Assembly: GCA_963744145.1 (NCBI GenBank)
Contig: CAVUSO010000001.1
Coordinates: 4,246,459-4,310,458 of the forward strand
From: an uncultured cyanobacterium
GTDB taxonomy: Bacteria > Cyanobacteriota > Cyanobacteriia > Cyanobacteriales > CAWUOF01
Length of the DNA stretch: 64,000 nucleotides
Reading direction: 5' to 3'
Of the stretch, positions 55,880 through 64,000 are shown in pieces. The notes under the pieces are model-generated. The model did no database searches. It was not told the origin of the DNA and worked only from the letters and a program-made list of their open reading frames with translations. Every line of letters starts with the position of its first letter. Position 1 is the stretch's first letter. The position numbers and the translations under genes are program-made.

Positions 55880-57403
55880 ATGTTGAATGTATCTGAAAAT
55901 ATGGCCACAATTGCCATTGTACTGGTTGCATTGGGGATCTTGGGTTGGGGATATTATCGGGCCAAACCTTTCGGGAAATTAGGAATTTTAGCTTGGTTAC
56001 AGTCAGTCGTACTGATGCTACCTTGGTTAGTCTTCTTTAGTTTGTTCTCTGCTGGGATTTATATCGAGTTAGTGGGTGTAATATTGTTGCTAGTGGTTTC
56101 GACCGGAATATACATATTTTTGGGGTACAAACTCCGGTCCGCTAGTAACGATGCTCAGGTCCGATCGCGTTTAGAAACCATATTAAAATCAAACTCAGAT
56201 CAGACTGATCCGGAACAGGTCAGTGATCCGGTCGCGATCGAAAACACGACTAAATCTGTAGCAGTCGGATTACCCGTACCAGCACAAATGCGTCCTCTAC
56301 CTGATGAAGACTTAAAAATCATTCAAGGGATATTTGGAATTGATACGTTTTTTGTCACAGAAACTATTCCCTATCAAGATGGAGCGATTTTTAAAGGTAA
56401 TTTGCGAGGGGAAGTAGAATCCGTATATTCCCGACTATCTGCTAGTTTACAAGAACGTTTGGGCGATCGCTATCGGTTATTTTTGGTGCCGAGCCAAAAT
56501 GACAAACCGATCGTCATTATCTTACCAAGTAGCAATGATCCGCAACCAGCAACTAAAAGTCAAAATCTCCTGTCTTTAGTGTTATTAATAGTCACCGTGA
56601 TTAGTTGTTATGAAACTAGCGGACTATTAAAAGGGTTTGATTTATTCTCTACTCCAGAAAGATGGGTGGAAGCTTTACCTATTGGTACAGGAATTTTAGC
56701 GGTTTTTGCTGTGCATGAAATCGGACATCAGGTATTAGCTAAACGTCATCAAGTGCGGTTTAGTTGGCCATTTTTTATTCCCACATTACAAATTGGCTCG
56801 TTTGGAGCAATTAATCGTTTTGAATCCTTAATCCCCACTCGAACTGCTTTATTTGATGTCGCTTTAGCTGGTCCAGCAGCAGGGGGAATTCTCTCTCTAG
56901 TCATGTTAATCACTGGTTTACTTCTATCCCATCCTGGTAGTTTGTTCCAAGTACCATCAGAATTTTTCAAAGGCTCAATTTTAGTGGGAACTTTGGCGAA
57001 AATTGTCCTGGGTACAGATTTGCAAAAAACCATCGTTGATATTCATCCACTCACAATCATTGGTTGGTTAGGATTAGTAATTACAGCGATTAATTTACTA
57101 CCTGCGGGTCAATTAGATGGGGGAAGAATTGTGCAAGCTATTTATGGACGCAAAATTGCTGGTCGAACTACAGTTGCTAGTTTAATTATTTTAGCGATCG
57201 CGTCTCTAGCTAATCCTCTGGCTTTATATTGGGCGATTGTTATTATCTTTTTACAAAGAAACTTAGAACGTCCTAGTCTTAATGAAATCACTGAACCTGA
57301 TGATGCTAGAGCTGCTTTAGGTTTATTAGCATTATTTTTGATGATTGCTACTCTTTTACCTTTAAGTCCAGGTTTAGCAGGTCGTTTAGGAATTGGTGGG
57401 TAA
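55880..57403 (+). CDS. site-2 protease family (M50) membrane metalloprotease
   Basis: HEIGH motif (VHEIGHQVLAKRH) within multi-pass membrane topology, plus a later NLLPAGQLDGGRI motif. The start is uncertain (TTG at 55853, ATG at 55880 or 55901). Confidence 0.85.
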   Translation: MLNVSENMATIAIVLVALGILGWGYYRAKPFGKLGILAWLQSVVLMLPWLVFFSLFSAGIYIELVGVILLLVVSTGIYIFLGYKLRSASNDAQVRSRLETILKSNSDQTDPEQVSDPVAIENTTKSVAVGLPVPAQMRPLPDEDLKIIQGIFGIDTFFVTETIPYQDGAIFKGNLRGEVESVYSRLSASLQERLGDRYRLFLVPSQNDKPIVIILPSSNDPQPATKSQNLLSLVLLIVTVISCYETSGLLKGFDLFSTPERWVEALPIGTGILAVFAVHEIGHQVLAKRHQVRFSWPFFIPTLQIGSFGAINRFESLIPTRTALFDVALAGPAAGGILSLVMLITGLLLSHPGSLFQVPSEFFKGSILVGTLAKIVLGTDLQKTIVDIHPLTIIGWLGLVITAINLLPAGQLDGGRIVQAIYGRKIAGRTTVASLIILAIASLANPLALYWAIVIIFLQRNLERPSLNEITEPDDARAALGLLALFLMIATLLPLSPGLAGRLGIGG

Positions 57404-57526
57404 AAAATAATTAGCTCAAACAATAGAATATTGGAGATTTTTTTTCTGGTGATTTTAGTTGCGATGAGAGTGTTCTCATCGCTAATAACTACTTAGATAT
57501 ATAACATTATTGCACAATGATGCTCC

Positions 57527-58393
57527 ATGACCAATCATCACAATGATCTGATCTCTGTTAATGCTATTCCTGGAGTGATTTTAGTATTTGATTTTAGTGC
57601 TTTAGTGATCGGTAAAACCCAGGAATGGCAGCATTACACAAATACTGGTTTATGTTATTTACCTGGGTGTGTTTATCAGGAACTTAAATTACTAACTATC
57701 AATAAAAATCAAGCTGCTCCAACCAAATTAGCACAGGAGTTTATGCTTTTTTGGTCAACCAGTGGTTGGAAGTTAACTAATACTCTAGCTGATCATCCTT
57801 TGCTCCAACCAGCTCTAGCGAATCAAAGCAAAGAAGCTCGATTAATAGTTGCTGTAGCTCAGTCTGCCTATAGTTTATCCCAAAAGCACCAGAATAAGTT
57901 AATTATTTTAATTACTAATCATCAACTTTTATTAGAACGTATCGAAGCTTTAAATGTGACTAATTTGAGCGGAATTAACCTAACTGCTTTGCGAGAATGG
58001 TGTCGCACTAAATTTCGCCCCCTATTAATTACTCAAAAACTTCAGAACATGATGCAGTTATCAACATCACTGACCATCTCATCCACGCTGTCTTCGCAAA
58101 TTGTGCAGAAGGGTAATATTCAGAAAAACCCGAAAACTGTTTGGCAAACAACCCAGTTACAAGGGACAAAACCTAGAAAAACTCCACTAAAAAAACCTGT
58201 TTCTAGTTTATCATCGAAATCGCCAGTTACCTCTGGGCAACCTAGTCTATTAGCGTTGTTGATTTCTGGAATTTTAGCTTTCATGGGATTGACGATCATC
58301 ACGGGATTTACTTGGCGATCGCTGGATCTCAGAACTTTTAATCAAGTTTGGGATCATTTAGGTTTACCCGATTTACCAGCCGAGCTTTTTTAA
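57527..58393 (+). CDS. hypothetical protein with a C-terminal TM anchor
   Basis: 288 aa with a Ser/Thr/Pro-rich linker and one TM helix (LLALLISGILAFMGLTIITGF). The N-domain may be PIN-like, but I cannot place the acidic residues. Confidence 0.35.
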   Translation: MTNHHNDLISVNAIPGVILVFDFSALVIGKTQEWQHYTNTGLCYLPGCVYQELKLLTINKNQAAPTKLAQEFMLFWSTSGWKLTNTLADHPLLQPALANQSKEARLIVAVAQSAYSLSQKHQNKLIILITNHQLLLERIEALNVTNLSGINLTALREWCRTKFRPLLITQKLQNMMQLSTSLTISSTLSSQIVQKGNIQKNPKTVWQTTQLQGTKPRKTPLKKPVSSLSSKSPVTSGQPSLLALLISGILAFMGLTIITGFTWRSLDLRTFNQVWDHLGLPDLPAELF

Positions 58394-58460
58394 GTTATCC
58401 CTACTATTTTTTTTTGCCAAAATATGCCAATATTTTAGCATTGAGATTAAATTCAAAATC

Positions 58461-60040
58461 ATGAATAGTGAAGTATCAACCGTCAATAATCATCCAGGTT
58501 ACGATATTATTGCCTTTGGAGACGAAGTCCCAGGAGTATTAGGGATCGTATCTGCAGCAAGAGAGTATTTTCGTCAGACTAAAAAGTATCCCCGGACCTG
58601 CTGATCTCAAAAGGAAATTTCGCGATCGGAATTGGTGGAGTTTTAGTGAGAGGAGGTTTGGCTTATTTAGATAGAAGTCAAATTGATGGCAATATGCGTC
58701 AATCATTAGGTTTAGAGAACTTTGGCGCTCCCGCATCAATATATAAAGAATTTTTACAAAGAACGGGAGTAGTGAGTGTAGCACTTGATCCCCATCGAGC
58801 TAATCAAGTGCTGCGGGAAATGCTGTTAGAGTCTGGAGTTAGTCTGCTGGGTAACGCTCAGATTACAGATGTGATCAAAGAAGATCAAGTGATCAAAAGC
58901 ATTGTGACATCTAATGGTCAGAGTTATGGAGCTAAACAATTTATTGATTGTACTATTCATGCTGAATTGGCACAAGCAGCTGGGGTGAAAAAGTTGAAGG
59001 GATTTGAAACCTTTGGTTTACCAGAATCAGAATTAGCAGTTACCTTTATTTTTGAAACTCAAGGGATTAGTCCGCAAACCCTCAAAGACATCGAACTTAA
59101 TTATCTCAAACGTTTCACAGATCTAAATGATGCTCAAGCCCAAAAGTCCTTGCTCAACGCCGCTGGTTCAGATGCCAAGTTAGCAGAAAGACTAAGACAA
59201 AATATGGTTGATCAGAACGGGAAACTCAAAAATTTCTGGATTGGTCCTGATTATATCGATATTCGTTCTCCAGCTTTTTCCGTAGCTTATCATGCTTTTC
59301 GCGGCAAAAAAATCTCTCTCCCAGAAAAAGGTTTTATTTTTGACTTAGCTAATATTGCGATTCTGCCTGATCAAAGGTTATCTTGGAATAACTTACTCTT
59401 TACTGTGACCGGTACTCAAGCAGAGGAACTAGCTCGAAATGGTGCCAAACCAAATGCGGCTATGTGCGAAGAAATGTCTTTTGTCGAAAAATGGTTTAAG
59501 AGTATTGGTGCTACTGGGGTAACTGCGGCTTCAGAAATTTATATTAGACACGCTGGTAATGTTACCGGAGTAGTAAAACCATTGACTGGAACTCAAATGT
59601 TAGCAGGAGGAGTACCAGCAGAGGAAGCTTTAGGAACTTTTAGTTATCATTTTGATGTTCGCGGTGGAATTCCCGGAATTGGTAATAAAGCTAGTGCTAA
59701 GGGAGTTTCTGGTTTGAGTTTTGGGAATCCGATTTTTAATTATGGGATTCAACACTGTTTAATTCAAGATATTCCTAATCTCGCTGTTGTTAGTCCTAGT
59801 TCAGGATTTGAAGGTTTAGCTCCAGCCGCAGGTAGAATTGTTGAATTTAATAGTGGTGTTGCCCAAGGAGTTGGAATTGCTGCAACTTTAGCAATTCTGG
59901 GCAAAAAAAATTTAGCGGATATATCGAATCAGGAAGTAAAGCAAGTTTTAATTAATAATGGTCAATATCCGAAAATTTTTGGGATTGATCAAACCGCAGA
60001 AGCATCTAGATTAGGACAGTTAGAAACTTTGTTAGCTTAA
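58461..60040 (+). pseudogene. FAD-dependent oxidoreductase-like gene with a frameshift near 58600
   Basis: The ATG at 58461 gives MNSEVSTVNNHPGYDIIAFGDEVPGVLGIVSAAREYFRQTKKYPRTC*. A shifted frame continues LISKGNFAIGIGGVLVRGGLAYLDRSQ... into the listed ORF 58646..60040. Confidence 0.55.
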
Positions 60041-60177
60041 CTGGTTTTTGATCTTAAGGTAGTCTCTGCAAGATGGTGCAGGTACGAAAAATCAATAGAC
60101 AAGAAAGCAAAAGTCAAAAATATTTGTTTGTAGTAACGGCTGTCTTCCCTCAAATATTGAGCATGATTGGGACTGAA

Positions 60178-61625
60178 CCATTCTTTGCCGAGCTCTCCCA
60201 AAATATTCTTAACTGAACCCTACAAAAATTGTCTCCTCTAGTTTGAATGCTGATTTATGATAGTCAATCTGTGTGATTCATGAACCCAGGGCAAAGCATT
60301 TCGGTCATAGATTTCGGTCGAGGCGATAATTTCTGAGCCGAAATGCTTTGCCCCTACAAATATTACAAATATGGACAAGATTTGGTTCTTGTTTCCTGAG
60401 CGCGATCGCGAAGAGCCACAAAATCTGCATTATCATACAGTTTGGTTAATTGTAGGGGCGAAGCATTCGGGCGATAATTAATCACTCAAGCCTTTACCCT
60501 GAGCGTAGTCGAAGGGCATAATTTTAGATCCGAATGCTTCGCCCATTCTTTGCCGAGAGCTCCCAAAACATTCTTAACTGAACCATTCTTTGCCGAGCTC
60601 TCCCAAAATATTCTTAACTGAACCCTACAAAAATTGTCTCCTCTAGTTTGAATGCTGATTTATGATAGTCAATCTGTGTGATTCATGAACCCAGGGCAAA
60701 GCATTTCGGTCATAGATTTCGGTCAAGGCGATAATTTCTGAGCCGAAATGCTTTGCCCCTACAAATATTACAAATATGGACAAGATTTGGTTCTTGTTTC
60801 CTGAGCGCGATCGCGAAGAGCCACAAAATCTGCATTATCATACAGTTTGGTTAATTGTAGGGGCGAAGCATTCGGGCGATAATTAATCACTCAAGCCTTT
60901 ACCCTGAGCGTAGTCGAAGGGCATAATTTTAGATCCGAATGCTTCGCCCATTCTTTGCCGAGAGTTCCCAAAACATTCTTAACTGAACCATTCTTTGCCG
61001 AGCTCTCCCAAAATATTCTTAACTGAACCCTACAAAAATTGTCTCCTCTAGTTTGAATGCTGATTTATGATAGTCAATCTGTGTGATTCATGAACCCAGG
61101 GCAAAGCATTTCGGTCATAGATTTCGGTCGAGGCGATAATTTCTGAGCCGAAATGCTTTGCCCCTACAAATATTACAAATATGGACAAGATTTGGTTCTT
61201 GTTTCCTGAGCGCGATCGCGAAGAGCCACAAAATCTGCATTATCATACAGTTTGGTTAATTGTAGGGGCGAAGCATTCGGGCGATAATTAATCACTCAAG
61301 CCTTTACCCTGAGCGTAGTCGAAGGGCATAATTTTAGATCCGAATGCTTCGCCCATTCTTTGCCGAGAGCTCCCAAAACATTCTTAACTGAACCATTCTT
61401 TGCCGAGAGTTCCCAAAATATTCTTAACTGAACCCTACAAAAATTGTCTCCTCTAGTTTGAATGCTGATTTATGATAGTCAATCTGTGTGATTCATGAAC
61501 CCAGGGCAAAGCATTTCGGTCATAGATTTCGGTCAAGGCGATAATTTCTGAGCCGAAATGCTTTGCCCCTACAAAGATTACAAATACGGACAAGATTTGG
61601 TTCTTGTTTCCTGAGCGCGATCGTT
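60178..61625. repeat. 405-bp tandem repeat, about 3.6 copies, non-coding
   Basis: Unit starts at 60178, 60583, 60988 and 61393. Each unit carries two long hairpins (GGGCAAAGCATTTCGG...CCGAAATGCTTTGCCC and GGGCGAAGCATTCGG...CCGAATGCTTCGCCC). The track shows no ORF of 60 aa or more between 60041 and 61861. Confidence 0.9.
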
Positions 61626-61861
61626 GTTATTCTCCTACTTTTTCCGGAGGTTTTAGCTTAATTCCTCGCAAACGATAAGCCGTACTGACACTAGCTTCTA
61701 TAGCATTGTCCAGCTTATTGCTTAACCCATTTACAAAAGTTAATACATTACCTATTACTTTTGTCCGACTACTTATATGATTATAACATTTTTAGGTTTT
61801 CACGCCACAGTCACGCCATTAGGGTGCGACGCGAAAGCTTGATTGTTCAGTCAGAATTAGG

Positions 61862-63946
61862 TTAGGTCTGTGTAAGTTCTGCAATTGGCACAGACCGATA
61901 CTTGACCGCAGCGATCGCTAAATCCCGCACTAGCTGTAATAAAGTTTCCTGACTATAAGCTCCTTTTTGGAGAATTTGCTGCACATAACCATTGAGAGAC
62001 TCTTTTTCCGCATGAGATAGATCGATCGCTGTAATCACAATAATTGGTAGCGATCGCCCGATTGGCATTTGTCGTAATTGTCTAATAAATTCAAACCCAT
62101 CTACTTCTGGTAACATTAAATCTAACAAAATCAAATCTGGGGGATGAGCGACTACTTGCTCAAGTCCAATCCGACCATTTTCCGCCATGATTACTGTCCA
62201 ACCAGCTTTTTCTAAAATTTTTCCTAACATCTGGCGAGTCATAATATCATCTTCAACTACCAGAATTTGACTAGATTTTTCTTGTTCATATTTTTGCAAT
62301 AAATTAGCTAATTGCTGATGATCAATTGGTTTGACCAAATAATCGGTAGTCCCAATCGTAAAACCCGTATTTTTATCATCAACAAATGTCAACAAAATCA
62401 CTGGTACATCAGCCAATTTTGGATCAGCTTTCAAAGCTAATAAAACTTCCCAACTATTCATCTCCGGAATCAACACATCTAAAATAATTACATCCGGATG
62501 ACAAGTTTGCGCTAACTCTAATCCAGTCTGAGCAGTTGTCGCACTTTCAATTTTAAATCCTTCCTGCTGTAAATGCTGGGAAATTAAAGCGTGAACTGCT
62601 GGATCATCATCGATGAGTAATAGCACTTTTTGATCAATAATCTGCTCAGATAGATGATCATTTTTGCTAGTTAATGGCTGATCTGGAAATTGATGATTTT
62701 CTGGTTCTTGCATATTTTTCTGATTGACGATCGCGGGGAGACGAATAATAAAAGTAGATCCTACTCCTACTTCGCTATTAACCGTAATATCCCCACCCAT
62801 CATCTGACAAAATTTCTTGGTGATCGTTAAACCCAAACCAGTACCACCATATTTGCGAGTGGTGCTAGCATCTGCTTGGGTAAAAGCTTCAAATACAGAT
62901 TTGATCTGTTCTGAATTCATCCCAATCCCCGAATCAGTAACTCGAAAAGTTAAGATCGAACTATCCAGAGTTTTACTTGCATCTTCCTCTTGTTCAGGTT
63001 TGACTTCTAAAATAATTATTCCCGCTTGGGTAAATTTAGCAGCATTACTGAGCAGATTAAATAGAGATTGTCTAATCTTAGTCGGATCAGAATACATTGG
63101 GCCAATATTTTCCGCACAAATAACCTGCAATTCATTACCTTTATTTTCAATTAATGGCTGGATCGTCGATACGACTTCCGCAATTAAACTCGGTACATCA
63201 AAAGTTGTTAAGTCTAATTCCATCCGACCAGCTTCAATTTTAGAAAAATCCAGAATATCATTAATTAAAGACAGCAGATGCTTACCAGCTACATAGATGT
63301 TTTTCAGATCACCAACCAAGTCTTCTGCACCAGTTGCTTGGGCATCTTCTTGGAGTAATTCACTATAACCAATAATCGCATTTAATGGTGTCCTTAATTC
63401 ATGGCTAATATTTGCCAAAAATTGACTTTTAGCCCGATTTGCTGTTTCTGCTGCTTCTTTTTGCTCTTGGACTAAATTATTCGCGATCGCTAACAGTTGA
63501 GCTTGACCTAACTGGAGCATATGAAAATCCAATAACTCAAAATGCCCATCCTCAAATTCAATAATAATCGGCTCATAAACCAATTCGAGCGGACGATTTA
63601 ACGCGATTTGCGCCGCAGTATGGATGGGACAAGATGCGGATAATACCAGATGTTCTATTGGTAAAGAAGCGTTATTTTTAATGACATTTAATAAAACTTG
63701 GATCGGGCGTTTTAAATAAAGTTCTAAACTATAGGGTCTACTCATCCATGTGAGGAATTTTGCCCGAGAAATCATGCCTAACATTTGGGAGCCCTCAGCA
63801 ACAATTACTCCTGGTAAACCTAAATGACGTTCAAATTCAGTGACAACAATTCGTCCTAAAGTTGCCGAACTAATTTGAAAATTATGAGAAGGGAAATCTC
63901 CTAATTTAGAATCAAGGTTTAAAGGTGGTAAGTTGACATCTAGCAC
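61862..63946 (-). CDS. hybrid sensor histidine kinase with two receiver domains
   Basis: H-box [18 protein letters not shown] and HATPase boxes (NAAKFT, DSGIGM, GTGLGL). Two REC domains (LLIDDD...[13 protein letters not shown] and ILVVEDD...[14 protein letters not shown]). Confidence 0.9.
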   Translation of the reverse strand: MLDVNLPPLNLDSKLGDFPSHNFQISSATLGRIVVTEFERHLGLPGVIVAEGSQMLGMISRAKFLTWMSRPYSLELYLKRPIQVLLNVIKNNASLPIEHLVLSASCPIHTAAQIALNRPLELVYEPIIIEFEDGHFELLDFHMLQLGQAQLLAIANNLVQEQKEAAETANRAKSQFLANISHELRTPLNAIIGYSELLQEDAQATGAEDLVGDLKNIYVAGKHLLSLINDILDFSKIEAGRMELDLTTFDVPSLIAEVVSTIQPLIENKGNELQVICAENIGPMYSDPTKIRQSLFNLLSNAAKFTQAGIIILEVKPEQEEDASKTLDSSILTFRVTDSGIGMNSEQIKSVFEAFTQADASTTRKYGGTGLGLTITKKFCQMMGGDITVNSEVGVGSTFIIRLPAIVNQKNMQEPENHQFPDQPLTSKNDHLSEQIIDQKVLLLIDDDPAVHALISQHLQQEGFKIESATTAQTGLELAQTCHPDVIILDVLIPEMNSWEVLLALKADPKLADVPVILLTFVDDKNTGFTIGTTDYLVKPIDHQQLANLLQKYEQEKSSQILVVEDDIMTRQMLGKILEKAGWTVIMAENGRIGLEQVVAHPPDLILLDLMLPEVDGFEFIRQLRQMPIGRSLPIIVITAIDLSHAEKESLNGYVQQILQKGAYSQETLLQLVRDLAIAAVKYRSVPIAELTQT

Positions 63947-64000
63947 AATTATTCTCTGGTGCCTAAAATTAAAGTTAAACAGTTATGGCAATTTTCGAGT

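Noticed and set aside
60178-61625. Possible CRISPR array or protein-coding repeat
   Set aside because: The period is 405 bp with no spacer structure. Stops occur in all frames, and the track shows no ORF of 60 aa or more.
61640-61760. Minus-strand scrap resembling a transposase C-terminus (..NGLSNKLDNAIEASVSTAYRLRGIKL..)
   Set aside because: It offers only about 35 residues of vague similarity to ISL3-type ends, with no start, no inverted repeats and no catalytic motifs.

Overview
Cyanobacterial chromosomal DNA: the HIP1 octamer GCGATCGC occurs throughout, the sequence is AT-rich, and MITEs and other repeats are dense, as in filamentous cyanobacteria. All protein calls are by eye from motifs; no searches were run.

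Housekeeping content: cimA (partial), a 2Fe-2S ferredoxin-like gene, a Cu P-type ATPase with a cupredoxin partner, a thiO-thiG fusion, a Psb34-like mini-ORF, tRNA-Thr(UGU), argH, a site-2 protease, a GAF-PP2C phosphatase, a GspE-like ATPase and a hybrid histidine kinase.

Accessory content, left to right:
1. A VapBC insert bracketed by a duplicated 3' fragment of the ferredoxin gene.
2. A same-strand array of four Uma2 (DUF820) endonuclease paralogues, a deleted fifth copy and a duplicated coiled-coil gene. Most are followed by a conserved ~74-nt hairpin element.
3. A Cpx-like envelope module: a Spy/CpxP-like gene divergent from an OmpR-type regulator and a frame-broken kinase whose periplasmic loop is proline-rich 21-aa repeats.
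4. Directly downstream, a PqqD / ATP-grasp / PLP-decarboxylase / polytopic-membrane-M23-peptidase operon with no visible precursor gene.
5. A conflict island at about 22.4-36.6 kb. It holds toxin-antitoxin (TA) and restriction-modification debris, a split HipA-like kinase with a HipS-like-HIRAN partner, and a caspase-NB-ARC protein with fifteen 31-aa repeats beside a Trypco2-like gene. It also holds RHH-MazF (truncated) and a HIP1-free AT-rich two-gene cassette (P-loop NTPase plus small protein), bracketed by two Uma2 paralogues.
6. A NERD-SF1 helicase.
7. Two arrays of a 22-bp palindrome-containing repeat.
8. A 405-bp x 3.6 non-coding tandem array of paired hairpin elements.

At least five genes have broken reading frames. 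The candidates I consider most likely to be an undescribed system are the PqqD/ATP-grasp/decarboxylase/M23 operon, the AT-rich NTPase cassette, the HipA-like/HIRAN pair and the caspase-NB-ARC/Trypco2 pair.
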